A DNA stretch of 64,000 nucleotides, taken from contig CAYTRR010000004.1 of assembly GCA_964440275.1 (NCBI GenBank), forward strand, positions 14,258 to 78,257, in the 5' to 3' direction. Position 1 is the stretch's first letter; the number at the start of each line of letters is the position of its first letter. Positions 1 through 10,042 of the stretch are shown one piece after another. Origin of the DNA: an uncultured Spirochaetales bacterium (lineage in GTDB: Bacteria > Desulfobacterota_D > UBA1144). The notes below the pieces were generated by a model, which saw only the letters and a list, made by a program, of their open reading frames with translations, did not search any database and was not told the origin of the DNA. The position numbers and the translations under genes are program-made.

Positions 1-1412
1 GTTAGAAGCATAACCAATCTATCTATGCCAATACCTGCGCCTACTGTGGGTGGCATGCCATATCTTAGCGCATTAATATAATCGTCGTCCATATCATTAG
101 CTTCTTCGTTACCTTTCTCCTTTTCTTCAAGCTGCTTCTCAAATCTTTCGAACTGATCATCGGGATCATTTAATTCTGAAAAAGCATTAGCAATTTCTTT
201 TTCGTTAATAAATAGCTCAAATCGATCCGCTATTCTAGGGTCATCATTGTTTCTTCTAGCCAAAGGTGAAACATCTATAGGGAAGCCGTAAACAAAGACT
301 GGATTTTTGTGGTTTTGGAAAAATTTTGTTTCAAATATTTCTGTAATAGCACGACCAGCAACACCAAAATGATTAATTTTCATTTTATCTGCTTCAATTA
401 AAATCTTTTTTTCTTCAAAAACATCAAAACCCAGTTTTTCTGTAAGCCAATTAATCATATGCACCCTTTCCCATGGTGTTTTAAAATTTATAACATTATT
501 CTGATAATTTATTTGTTGATTATTTGAAACCAAAGAAACACAGTCTGATATTAGTTCCTCAATAAAGTTCATCATTTCAAGATAATCTGAATAGGCTTGA
601 TAAAATTCAATCATAGTAAATTCTGGATTATGTTGAGTAGAGATTCCCTCGTTTCTGAAGTTTCTACCAATTTCGAATACTTTTTCTATACCTCCTATAA
701 TCAACCTTTTTAAATACAATTCCGGTGCAATCCTAAGAATCAAATCCATGTCTAAAGTATTATGATGAGTTTTAAATGGTTTAGCTGCCGCACCACCTGC
801 CACATTATGTAATAGTGGTGTTTCAACTTCTATAAATTTTTTCGAATTCATAAAATCTCGTATTTGGCTTATGATTTTAGATCTTAAAATAAAAACATCT
901 TTCACACTTTCATTGGAAATTAAATCTACATATCTTTGTCTATATCTTGTTTCAATATTAGTTAAGCCATGCCATTTTTCTGGCAAAGTGTTTAATGATT
1001 TAGTTAATACGATTAGTTCTTGTGCTTCTATTGATAATTCATTTGTTTTAGTAAAAAAACATGGACCAACTATTCCTACAAAGTCACCTATGTCGACAAA
1101 CTTTTTAAAGAAATCCATTTTTTCTTTTCCTGCTGAGTCATTTGAAATGAATATTTGAAATTTAATTTGATTATCAAGGATTTTTATAAATGCAGATTTT
1201 CCAAAACTTCTTATTGCAACTACACGTCCTGCAACCTTATAATTTACATTATCTGATTCAAAGTTAGAGTTGTCTTGTCCTTTATATTTATCAACAATTT
1301 CTTTTACAGAGCTTGATGGGCGAAAAGTATTTGTGTAAGGATCTACATTTAGTTCTCTTAATAATTTTACCTTTTCTCTTCTTTTTGTAATATATTCGTT
1401 ATCTGTCGTCAT
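1..1412 (-). CDS. lysS: Lysine--tRNA ligase (class II); 3' end runs off the window
   Basis: Absent from the ORF track; translated by hand from CAT at 1410-1412: MTTDNEYITKRREKVKLLRELNVDPY...FIEVETPLL..GGAAAKPFKTHHN..LRIAPELYLKRL..FRNEGISTQHNPEF..YGMPPTVGAGIGIDRLVMLL (class II motifs 1-3). Confidence 0.97.
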   Translation of the reverse strand, partial: MTTDNEYITKRREKVKLLRELNVDPYTNTFRPSSSVKEIVDKYKGQDNSNFESDNVNYKVAGRVVAIRSFGKSAFIKILDNQIKFQIFISNDSAGKEKMDFFKKFVDIGDFVGIVGPCFFTKTNELSIEAQELIVLTKSLNTLPEKWHGLTNIETRYRQRYVDLISNESVKDVFILRSKIISQIRDFMNSKKFIEVETPLLHNVAGGAAAKPFKTHHNTLDMDLILRIAPELYLKRLIIGGIEKVFEIGRNFRNEGISTQHNPEFTMIEFYQAYSDYLEMMNFIEELISDCVSLVSNNQQINYQNNVINFKTPWERVHMINWLTEKLGFDVFEEKKILIEADKMKINHFGVAGRAITEIFETKFFQNHKNPVFVYGFPIDVSPLARRNNDDPRIADRFELFINEKEIANAFSELNDPDDQFERFEKQLEEKEKGNEEANDMDDDYINALRYGMPPTVGAGIGIDRLVMLL

Positions 1413-2553
1413 AAACAATTTCCTTGTGAAGCATTTTTGTTAAAAAGAAAAAACCTATTGTTACTATTATACTACAAGAAAGATACATAACTTTGAATGA
1501 ATAAAGCTCTGCTACTAATCCATAAATAATTGAAAATATCATTCCACCTAATGTAAATGATACGCTGCAAATTGAAAAAGATTTAGCCTTGTTTTCCTCT
1601 TTGGAAAACATTAAAGCTAAGGAATACAGCGATGGGTAGACTAAAGCATGTGAAAAGCCAAAAATTGCGCCAGAAATCAAAAAAGTCCAAAAATTATCCG
1701 AAAAAGAGAGGACAAATATTGAAAATCCATAAAATAATAAAAAAGGTTGTAAGATTTTGCTGGGACCATATTGATCTGGAATCCATCCAAAAAATAACCG
1801 CATAATCAAAGCTACTACTGTGTAAGCTATAAAGAAAGTTGTTATTGGGGTTATATCGAAAGAATCAGCAAAAACTGCTCCAAAATTTAGACAAGTTAAA
1901 AATGAACCTCCAATTAAAAACATAATAGAATAAATAAGAAGAAACTTTTTATCATTAAATAATTCAAGAAAGTTTATTTTCTCATTTTTATTTTTTCTTT
2001 TTTTGGTTTCTGTATCTAGATTTAATGAAATCAAGAATGAAACAAAAGAGGAAATAGCAGCTGTTGTAAAAAAAATATCATAAGAAAATATTTTCACTAT
2101 CTCAGCAGATACAGTAGGAGCTAGAGCATGGTTTAGAATTGCGAAAACACCTAAAAATCCTAATGCTTGTGTCTGATTAGCTTTTTCTGTAGTTTCTGCA
2201 ACAAGAGTTCCTGCGGAAACGAAGAAAAAAGAAAAACAGCATCCTTGTAAAAATCTCAAAAATAAATATGAGTAATACAAATTATCAAAATAAATAAATG
2301 AAAAATTTGTAATACTAAGGATAAGGCTTCCTATCATAATTAAATATTTCTTTTTATAAATATCGCCAAGTATTCCTGATAGTGGAGTGAGCATAATAGT
2401 GCTTACTCCTGCAATCGACATTATAAGACCAATATCAAACTCTGTCCCACCAAGTTCTACAATTCTAAGAGGGAGAATTAAAAAAGAATGGAAAGAATAA
2501 AAAAAGAAAAATGTTGAGACTGTTATCAGTAAAAGATTCTTAGTAAATTTCAA
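1399..2553 (-). CDS. MFS transporter
   Basis: About 12 hydrophobic segments; motif-A-like GILGDIYKKK and GWIPDQYG. Confidence 0.9.
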   Translation of the reverse strand: MKFTKNLLLITVSTFFFFYSFHSFLILPLRIVELGGTEFDIGLIMSIAGVSTIMLTPLSGILGDIYKKKYLIMIGSLILSITNFSFIYFDNLYYSYLFLRFLQGCCFSFFFVSAGTLVAETTEKANQTQALGFLGVFAILNHALAPTVSAEIVKIFSYDIFFTTAAISSFVSFLISLNLDTETKKRKNKNEKINFLELFNDKKFLLIYSIMFLIGGSFLTCLNFGAVFADSFDITPITTFFIAYTVVALIMRLFFGWIPDQYGPSKILQPFLLFYGFSIFVLSFSDNFWTFLISGAIFGFSHALVYPSLYSLALMFSKEENKAKSFSICSVSFTLGGMIFSIIYGLVAELYSFKVMYLSCSIIVTIGFFFLTKMLHKEIVYDDR

Positions 2554-2554
2554 T

Positions 2555-3844
2555 TTAATTACACTCAGATTTATATACTGTTCTTCCAGAACAAATTGTT
2601 CTTATAACTTTGCCTTTTAAATTTTGTCCATCAAAAGGAGTATTTCTGCTCTTGGAAAACATTTTATTTTTGTTTACTTTAACTTTTTTGTTAATATCAA
2701 AAATAACTATGTCAGCTTCACTTCCGACTTTAAGTGTACCCCTGTTTATATTAATTATCTCTGAGGGTTTTGTTGACATTTTGTAAATTAATTTAGACAA
2801 AGAAACCTTCTTATTCTCTACAAGCTTTAAAGAAAGAGGCAAAGCTGTTTCTAGTCCAATAATTCCAAAAGGAGCTTTTTCGAATCCCGCCGACTTCTCT
2901 TTTGCCGTATGAGGGGCATGATCAGTTGCTATAATGTCTATCACATCTTCTTTTATACCCTTAACTATTGATCTGACATCTTCTTTACTTCTTAATGGTG
3001 GATTCATTTTAAAATTAGGATCACAACCTTTTATATTATCTTCAGAAAGAGTGAAATGATGTGGTGTTGCTTCACAAGTTACATTTACACCTCTTTTTTT
3101 AGCTTCACGTATAATGTCTACAGATCCTTTTGCTGTAACGTGACATACATGTAAATGTGCTCCGGTTGCTTCAGCTATTACTATATCTCTAAATATTCCC
3201 AATTCTTCTGAAATATTTGGAATGCCTTTTAATGAATACTTCTTTGAAAATTTCCCTTCGTTCGCAACACCGCCTAATGATAACGATAAATCTTCACAGT
3301 GAGATATGACAGGTACTGAAATTTGTTTAGCAATTTGCATAGCATTAAAAAGTAAAACGGAATTTGTAACAGGAAAACCATCATCAGATACCCCGACACA
3401 ACCTTTCTTGATATTTGATTTGATTGATGCGAGTTCACGGCTTTTAGAAGACTTGGTTATAGCACCGATTGGAAATATGTTTAACATCGATATCCTTTTT
3501 GCTTCATTTAATATGTAGTCAGTTATTGATGCATTATCGTTAATAGGTTTAGTATTTGGCATACATGCAATTGAAGTGAAACCGCCAGCTACAGCAGCTT
3601 TGGAACCAGTGGCAATAGTTTCTTTGTGAGTATATCCTGGGTCTCTTAAATGTACGTGGATGTCGACAAAACCAGGAGCCACGACCAAGTTTTTTGCATC
3701 AATAATTTCATCAAATGAGTATTCTTTATGATTTATATTAGAAGAAAGCTTTTCAATTTTATTGTTCCTAATGACAATATTAAGCTTCTTCGAAATTTTC
3801 GATGAAGGATCAACAACCAGGCCATCTTTTATTAGAATTCTCAT
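2555..3844 (-). CDS. pyrC: Dihydroorotase (type I, long form)
   Basis: PGFVDIHVHLRDPG, MPNTKP, HCED, EATPHHF, KMNPPLR, ATDHAPH, SRNTPF. Confidence 0.96.
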   Translation of the reverse strand: MRILIKDGLVVDPSSKISKKLNIVIRNNKIEKLSSNINHKEYSFDEIIDAKNLVVAPGFVDIHVHLRDPGYTHKETIATGSKAAVAGGFTSIACMPNTKPINDNASITDYILNEAKRISMLNIFPIGAITKSSKSRELASIKSNIKKGCVGVSDDGFPVTNSVLLFNAMQIAKQISVPVISHCEDLSLSLGGVANEGKFSKKYSLKGIPNISEELGIFRDIVIAEATGAHLHVCHVTAKGSVDIIREAKKRGVNVTCEATPHHFTLSEDNIKGCDPNFKMNPPLRSKEDVRSIVKGIKEDVIDIIATDHAPHTAKEKSAGFEKAPFGIIGLETALPLSLKLVENKKVSLSKLIYKMSTKPSEIININRGTLKVGSEADIVIFDINKKVKVNKNKMFSKSRNTPFDGQNLKGKVIRTICSGRTVYKSECN

Positions 3845-3853
3845 ATGTATTAA

Positions 3854-4720
3854 TTACTTCAATACTCTTTCTAAAAGTATCTGTCTGCACCAAACTCCAA
3901 ACTGAATTTGGTTAAAATATTTTGCTCTAGAATCTTTGTCAAATTCAACTGGAATTTCTTTAACTCTTGGAAAAGGGTGCATAACTATAGATTCATCAGG
4001 CAATTTCTCTAGCTGGTTTAGACTTAACGAATAATCGTGAACACTTCCTCTTTCTTTTTGCACTCTAGTTACATATAAAATATCTGTATCCTTCAATACT
4101 TCGTTAATATTTGTAGTTTCATAATAGCTTTCAGGGAGGCTTCCTGAATATCTTAAACGTTTTGGGCTTACAAAATTAAAATGGTTATTTTTGAATCTAC
4201 TCATAAGTTTTATCAAACTCTTAACCGTTCTTCCATTTTTTAAATCGCCAATCATAGTTATATTCAAATCCGATAATTTTTTATTTTTATAATAGTAAAT
4301 TGTAAAACCGTCTAATATTGTCTGTGTTGGATGTTCGCCATCTCCATCACCAGCATTAATAATTGGAACATTGCTTACAATAGAAGCTTTTTTCGCAGAT
4401 CCACTGTCAGTGTGCCTTATTACAATTCCATCACTCATTGTCCCCATAGTCATAATTGTGTCTTCTAAAGATTCTCCTTTGGCAACACTAGAGAACTGTA
4501 CATTGTTTATTGGAATAACTGTCCCTCCAGATTTTGTCATAGCACTGTAAAAAGAAGATGAAGTTCTCGTTGAAGGCTCGTAAAATAGATTAGTTAATAT
4601 TTTCCCTTTTAAATTGGCATTAGAAGAGCCTTGATTTGACAATGCCTCTTCCCAGAGTGATATTAAAAAATCATTATCTAAATCATCTACAGATAAAATA
4701 TGTAACATTTGCCTACTCAA
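3854..4720 (-). CDS. pyrB: Aspartate carbamoyltransferase catalytic subunit
   Basis: FYEPSTRT, KGESLEDT, INAGDG..EHPTQ, MHPFPR. Confidence 0.96.
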   Translation of the reverse strand: MSRQMLHILSVDDLDNDFLISLWEEALSNQGSSNANLKGKILTNLFYEPSTRTSSSFYSAMTKSGGTVIPINNVQFSSVAKGESLEDTIMTMGTMSDGIVIRHTDSGSAKKASIVSNVPIINAGDGDGEHPTQTILDGFTIYYYKNKKLSDLNITMIGDLKNGRTVKSLIKLMSRFKNNHFNFVSPKRLRYSGSLPESYYETTNINEVLKDTDILYVTRVQKERGSVHDYSLSLNQLEKLPDESIVMHPFPRVKEIPVEFDKDSRAKYFNQIQFGVWCRQILLERVLK

Positions 4721-5456
4721 TTAAATTAAAAAATCTCTCGAATCTAATAATATCTTTAACATTTTTAAAATTATTATTCCACGAGAAATGAATAATTAAT
4801 GCTTTCCCTATTATGTTTTCTTTTGGCACATAGCCCCAGTATCTACTATCTTTACTATTGTCCCGATTGTCCCCTAAAACAAAATATTTATTCAATGGAA
4901 CTATTATTTCTAAATTCGAGATATTTTCTTGGTACCGTTTAGATTCTTCTTTGTATATTGTCATTATTTCCTTAACATCAAATCTATTTATATAGACTTC
5001 ATGATTTTCTCCATCAAGAAAATATTTAGATTCTTCAATGTTGTTAGATATTTTGACTCCATTGACGTAAACATCTTTATCTAAAAGTTTAATTTTGTCT
5101 CCGGGTAAACCTATTATTCGTTTTATGTAATAGGTAGAGGTTAGCCCTATGAAGCCCCCATTAGGACAATTTATTGCATCCTCGTCTATTGGATAACGAA
5201 AAACAATGATATCTCCCCTCTGAAAATTTTTAAAACTTTTAATTAGTTTTGTATCTGAACATGGTAAAGCAAAACCGTAACTTAACCTATCTACTAATAG
5301 GTGGTCACCTACCATAAGCGTAGGGTACATAGATTTAGATGGTATTTTGAATGGTTGGATAAAAATATATCTTATAAAAAGTGCGACAATTAAAGCAAAA
5401 AGCAAAGATTTTAATGTTTTTAAAATTCCAGACTTTAGTAGATTGTCTTTTGACAT
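4713..5456 (-). CDS. lepB: Signal peptidase I
   Basis: PSKSMYPTL (catalytic Ser), YIKRIIGLPGD (Lys), GDNRDNSKDSRYWG. Confidence 0.96.
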   Translation of the reverse strand: MSKDNLLKSGILKTLKSLLFALIVALFIRYIFIQPFKIPSKSMYPTLMVGDHLLVDRLSYGFALPCSDTKLIKSFKNFQRGDIIVFRYPIDEDAINCPNGGFIGLTSTYYIKRIIGLPGDKIKLLDKDVYVNGVKISNNIEESKYFLDGENHEVYINRFDVKEIMTIYKEESKRYQENISNLEIIVPLNKYFVLGDNRDNSKDSRYWGYVPKENIIGKALIIHFSWNNNFKNVKDIIRFERFFNLIE

Positions 5457-5486
5457 TGTTTTACTTAATTATATTGAGCTGAAAGA

Positions 5487-7640
5487 TTAATACAAGTTGA
5501 GATTGTACTGGCTATGCTTTCCATGCAAAAGTCTATCGACATTATTAATATCTGGCAACAAATTCAAGTCATTGATTATCTCAGATAAATGATTTGTATC
5601 TTTTACTAACATTTCTATATATATCGATGATTTAGTTAAAGAAATTGGCTTGGCATTAATCTTAATTATATTTGAGTCATGTTTTGCAATTGTATTAGAG
5701 ATTTCTGAAAGAATTCCGGGTTTGTCAAAGCAGGTAACTTTAAGTCTTGTAGAGGATTTTGAATGAAAAGCTTCGTCCCATCTAGCTTCAATAAGCCTTG
5801 AAGAATCAACTTCTAAGATTTGCTTACAGGACATGCGGTGAACAGAGATACCTCTTCCAATTGTAATATAGCCAATAATTTCATCTCCATATATTGGCGA
5901 ACACGATTTGCAAAATCTAACCATAATGTTGTCGTTACCGCCAACAATTATTCCATCATTAGGATTTTTTAAATTAGTTGGCAATTCTTTAATTTTTTTA
6001 TTTTCTGCATCTAAACCAAGAAAGGTTAAAATTTCAATTATGTTTATTTTAGAGAATGAATAAGAAACAAATAAATCATCTAAACCTTTCAATGATTTTT
6101 CTTCAGCAAATTTATTCAATCTTTCCAAAACACCTTTCTTGTGAATATTTATGCCGTATTTTAATAATTTTTTCTCCAAAATTTCTTTTCCAATTTTAAG
6201 GGATTCTATAGATAATTCATTTTTTACCGAATTTCTTATTTTAGTTTTGGCTTTGGAAGTTACTACGTGTTTCAACCAATCTCTATTTGGCTTTCTATCT
6301 TTTTTCCTTATTATTTCAATTGTATCTCCACTCTTTAACTTGTAACTGAGTGGAACAATTTTTCCATTTACTCGAGCTGCGGAACACTCATCTCCTACGT
6401 CTGAATGGATTGAATAGGCAAAATCGACTATAGATGAATCTATTGGTAATTCTTTTAAATCCCCATTCGGTGTGAAGACATAAACAAAATTAGTTGTAAG
6501 CTCATCTTTGACTGCATCAATAAATTCTTTTGGATCATTTAAAGTCTTAACATCAAATATTTTTTTAACACTGTCCGGCAAATCTATAGTTCTATCTTTT
6601 GATAATTTATCAAGCTTGTACTTCCAGTGAGCAGCTACACCATACTCAGCAAATTCATGCATTTTTTGTGTTCTAATTTGAACTTCGACTTGGTCTCCAA
6701 AAGGTCCAATTACAATTGTATGCAAAGACTTGTACCCATTGCTTTTAGGTAGAGCTATATAGTCTTTAAATCTACCTGGGACTGGCTTCCAAACAGAATG
6801 TACAGCACCCAAAGAAGCATAACAAGATGCAATATCTTCGGTAATAATTCTAAATGCTTTTACATCTCTCACGCTATCAGAATCCATATCTCTAGCTGTC
6901 ATTTTTTTATATATTCCATAAAAGTTTTTAAATCTATTTTGTATTTGAGCTTTAATATTAAATTTTGTTAATTGTTCTAAAATTAAATTTTCTATTTCTA
7001 AACTATATTTTTCCCATTCTTCTTTTTTACTAATAAATGTTTTTGATATTTCTTCATATTCGTTTGGTTTTAAAATCTGAAAAGATTTATCTTCTAGCTC
7101 AGTTCTCATCCAATATATACCTAATCTATCTGCCAGTGGTGCATACAAGTCTAAAGTCTCTTTAGCTAATGACTCTTGTTTGTTCTTTGGTAGGAATGAA
7201 ATTGTTCTTACGTTGTGCAATCTATCTGCTAGCTTAACTAAAATGACTCTTATGTCTTTACCAGTAGCAAGAATTAGTTTTCTAAAATTTTCTGCTTGTC
7301 TTTTAAATGTTGAGCTTATTTGTATTTGTCCAATTTTAGTAACGCCGTCAACCAAACTAAATACTTCATCTCCAAACATTTCTTTGATATCGTTTTCGGT
7401 TGCAAGAGTGTCTTCTAGGGTATCATGCAATAAACCTGTAATTATAGACTCCTTGTCTAATCTTATGTCGGCAAGAACAGATGCGACTTCCATCGGGTGA
7501 ATCATATAAGGCTCACCAGAATATCTTTTTTGGCCTGCGTGGACCTTTGCCGAATAGGCGTAAGCTTTAGTTATATCTTCTATTTCTTCTTTAGAAAGGT
7601 AAAGGTTCAGTTTCTGGACTATGTCATCAAATCTAATCAT
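5487..7640 (-). CDS. spoT: Bifunctional (p)ppGpp synthetase/hydrolase (RelA/SpoT homolog)
   Basis: HAGQKRYSGEPYMIHP, LLHDTLED (intact HD), KLADRLHN, EVQIRT, TGS (VFTPNG..DFAYSIH), C-terminal ACT. Confidence 0.95.
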   Translation of the reverse strand: MIRFDDIVQKLNLYLSKEEIEDITKAYAYSAKVHAGQKRYSGEPYMIHPMEVASVLADIRLDKESIITGLLHDTLEDTLATENDIKEMFGDEVFSLVDGVTKIGQIQISSTFKRQAENFRKLILATGKDIRVILVKLADRLHNVRTISFLPKNKQESLAKETLDLYAPLADRLGIYWMRTELEDKSFQILKPNEYEEISKTFISKKEEWEKYSLEIENLILEQLTKFNIKAQIQNRFKNFYGIYKKMTARDMDSDSVRDVKAFRIITEDIASCYASLGAVHSVWKPVPGRFKDYIALPKSNGYKSLHTIVIGPFGDQVEVQIRTQKMHEFAEYGVAAHWKYKLDKLSKDRTIDLPDSVKKIFDVKTLNDPKEFIDAVKDELTTNFVYVFTPNGDLKELPIDSSIVDFAYSIHSDVGDECSAARVNGKIVPLSYKLKSGDTIEIIRKKDRKPNRDWLKHVVTSKAKTKIRNSVKNELSIESLKIGKEILEKKLLKYGINIHKKGVLERLNKFAEEKSLKGLDDLFVSYSFSKINIIEILTFLGLDAENKKIKELPTNLKNPNDGIIVGGNDNIMVRFCKSCSPIYGDEIIGYITIGRGISVHRMSCKQILEVDSSRLIEARWDEAFHSKSSTRLKVTCFDKPGILSEISNTIAKHDSNIIKINAKPISLTKSSIYIEMLVKDTNHLSEIINDLNLLPDINNVDRLLHGKHSQYNLNLY

Positions 7641-8204
7641 TTACAAGCTCGCTATAATCCTTTTTACTTCACTTAAGCACTCATCAAAATCTTCATTGAT
7701 AACCATATGATTAAAATATTGAGACTGTAATATTTCTTTTGTCGCAACTTCAATACGTTGTTCAATGTCTTCTTTGCTCATATCGTTTCTATCAATTAAT
7801 CTTTTTTCCAATTCGTTTATTGAGGGTGGCTTAATAAAAATCGAGAGGCTATCAAAATGATTAGTATTTATTATTGAAGAAGCACCTTTAACATCGATAT
7901 CTAAAAGCACACTATGATTGTATCTTAAGGACTCCCTGATTGGTTCAATTGGTGTTCCATAAAGATTGCCATGAACCTGTTCGTATTCTAAAAACAAATT
8001 CTCATCAACCATTTCTTCAAATTGATCTTTAGAAATAAATTTATAATGCTCTTGATCATTTTCCATAGTTCTCTTATCACGAGTGGTATAAGAAACGGAA
8101 AAATCCAGGTTTTTTATAGATGACAATAATTCTTGCGTAATTGTAGATTTTCCTACCCCTGATGGGCCTGAAATTATTATTAGATAGCCACCTTTAACAG
8201 TCAT
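7641..8204 (-). CDS. gmk: Guanylate kinase
   Basis: SGPSGVGKST, SYTTR, YGT, DIDVKGA. Confidence 0.96.
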   Translation of the reverse strand: MTVKGGYLIIISGPSGVGKSTITQELLSSIKNLDFSVSYTTRDKRTMENDQEHYKFISKDQFEEMVDENLFLEYEQVHGNLYGTPIEPIRESLRYNHSVLLDIDVKGASSIINTNHFDSLSIFIKPPSINELEKRLIDRNDMSKEDIEQRIEVATKEILQSQYFNHMVINEDFDECLSEVKRIIASL

Positions 8205-8242
8205 AATTTATAATAGTAAAACAAAAAAAATAACAATGGAAT

Positions 8243-8668
8243 TTAAAGATTTCCTGCACGATTAGTGCCTTCACAAGAATCACAAGAAAATTCCCTCTCA
8301 GTGCAATCATTTAGTCTTTTTTCAAGCAACTCTAGCAATAAATCGTCGATACCTAATGGCTTTACTACATGATAGTTTGTTGAAGGAAAATTCATAGCTG
8401 CTTTCTTTGCTAATGATGGGATATCCTGATTCCAATGCCTACCTGGTCCTAAGAAGAATGGGCATATTAAAATAAAATCTGCACCTCTTTCAACACACTT
8501 GGTATATGCGGTCAATATAGATGGCTCAGCTAATTCCATATGTGCTGGCTCAACAATTTTATATTTTGAGGAAAATTTTTTGTAAAAAAGGGCTGCTATT
8601 TCTTCAAGCATTTCATTGCTTTCTTGTCTTTTTGAGCCGTGATCAACAATTACTATACCTTTTTCCAT
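8243..8668 (-). CDS. Short CbiX/SirB-family sirohydrochlorin chelatase
   Basis: VDHGSKR, AHMELAEPSI, PFFLGPGRHWNQDIP, PLG. Confidence 0.88.
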   Translation of the reverse strand: MEKGIVIVDHGSKRQESNEMLEEIAALFYKKFSSKYKIVEPAHMELAEPSILTAYTKCVERGADFILICPFFLGPGRHWNQDIPSLAKKAAMNFPSTNYHVVKPLGIDDLLLELLEKRLNDCTEREFSCDSCEGTNRAGNL

Positions 8669-8697
8669 GAAACTATTTTAACTGAATTTATAAAAAA

Positions 8698-8779
8698 TGC
8701 CGAAGGCGGGACTCGAACCCGCACGTCCGAAGACACCACCCCCTCAAGATGGCGCGTCTACCAGTTCCGCCACTTCGGC
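8698..8779 (-). tRNA. tRNA-Leu (GAG)
   Basis: Reverse complement GCCGAAGTGGCGGAACTGGTAGACGCGCCATC-TTGAGGG-GGTGG...GCGGGTTCGAGTCCCGCCTTCGGCA: acceptor stem GCCGAAG/CTTCGGC, anticodon GAG, long variable arm, T-loop GTTCGAGTC; no encoded CCA. Confidence 0.96.
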
Positions 8780-8804
8780 AAAAAAATAAATATTAATACA
8801 TATT

Positions 8805-10028
8805 TTAGGCTCCAAATTTGTTTAGCATGTCAGCATGAGCAAAAAGTATATTTAAAAGATTTTTTGCTTCAAATATTCCTAATGTTCCTTTTACACATTC
8901 TTTTTCTGTAAATCTCTTAGAAAGACCATAAAAGCTATTCTTTGAATTAATTAATACGGGGACTGGATGCCAACTATGTGATTTAATACGTGAAGGTGTT
9001 GAATGATCTCCAGTTATGGCAACAACATCGAATCCAATTTTTTGTATTACTGGCAAATGCTTATCAAATTCTTCAATTACTTGTATCTTTTTCTTATAGT
9101 TTCCATCTTCACCATAGCTATCTGTTTTTTTTACATGAAAATAGAAAAAATCATACTTAGAAAACGATGCTTTTAATGTTTCAATTTGTGATTGAATAGT
9201 CGCATTTTTTGTAGGTTCTGGTCTCATACCTACTAAGGTAGCAATTCCTTTATACATTGGGTAAGTAGTAATAGAACAGGCATTGATATTATATAGTTCC
9301 TTAAATTTCGGTATTTTAGGAAATGAGGAGATTCCTCTAAACAAAACGTAATTTGCTCTTTTTTCATTTTCTAAGACCATAGATATCTTTTTTATTAATT
9401 TTTCTATAATTTTTGAGGTTGTTTTAGATTTTTTATTTAAGCTAATTGGCTTTAACGGAGCTTGCCCTTCAATCTGTGGATCAGTATCCGCAATCATACA
9501 TTGTTCTTTTGTTATTTTCTTTTTAAAAGTTAATTTACATACGAACCTATGCTCCAAACCTGACTTGAAATCAACAGAAACAGAGTCTATTGTTTTTATT
9601 TCTTTTTTAAGCATATTAACAATTCTTTTGTTTGTTGATGTATCAATACGATTAGCTCTTCTATCAGAAACAACAATTTTATTTCTAGCTTGCTTAACTG
9701 TTGCAAAGTTTCCTCTTAATGCTAAATCTTTATCTCCTATTTTTACATTAAGACCAAGCGCCTCAAGCACTCCTCTACCAATGTCAAAAGACAATGGATC
9801 ATAACCAAATAAAGCTAGGTGAGCGGATCCACTTCCAGGAGTAATCCCATTGAGTATTGGGACATGTGCACCAGTTTCTGATTGTTTAGTAAATTTATCT
9901 AAATTTCTAGTTTTAGCTGCGTCCAATTCAGTTTTATTAGGAAAAGGTAGGCCACCTACTCCATCTAGAACTATGAGTAAAATTTTCTTTTTGGTATTGT
10001 TTCTTAACTGCTTTCTTAATTCGTGCAT
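8805..10028 (-). CDS. apgM: Cofactor-independent phosphoglycerate mutase, ApgM type
   Basis: IVLDGVG, TPGSGSAHLALFGYDP, GRGVLEALG, DTDP, TGDHSTP..HSWHPVP. Confidence 0.92.
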   Translation of the reverse strand: MHELRKQLRNNTKKKILLIVLDGVGGLPFPNKTELDAAKTRNLDKFTKQSETGAHVPILNGITPGSGSAHLALFGYDPLSFDIGRGVLEALGLNVKIGDKDLALRGNFATVKQARNKIVVSDRRANRIDTSTNKRIVNMLKKEIKTIDSVSVDFKSGLEHRFVCKLTFKKKITKEQCMIADTDPQIEGQAPLKPISLNKKSKTTSKIIEKLIKKISMVLENEKRANYVLFRGISSFPKIPKFKELYNINACSITTYPMYKGIATLVGMRPEPTKNATIQSQIETLKASFSKYDFFYFHVKKTDSYGEDGNYKKKIQVIEEFDKHLPVIQKIGFDVVAITGDHSTPSRIKSHSWHPVPVLINSKNSFYGLSKRFTEKECVKGTLGIFEAKNLLNILFAHADMLNKFGA

Positions 10029-10042
10029 ACAGATATTTTATA

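Noticed and set aside
871-1158. Plus-strand 95-aa ORF
   Set aside because: Antisense shadow of lysS
8698-8779. tRNA as an island integration site
   Set aside because: Flanked by housekeeping genes; no integrase and no duplicated tRNA 3' end seen in the window
8639-8911. Plus-strand 90-aa ORF
   Set aside because: Antisense to tRNA-Leu and to the ends of apgM and the chelatase gene
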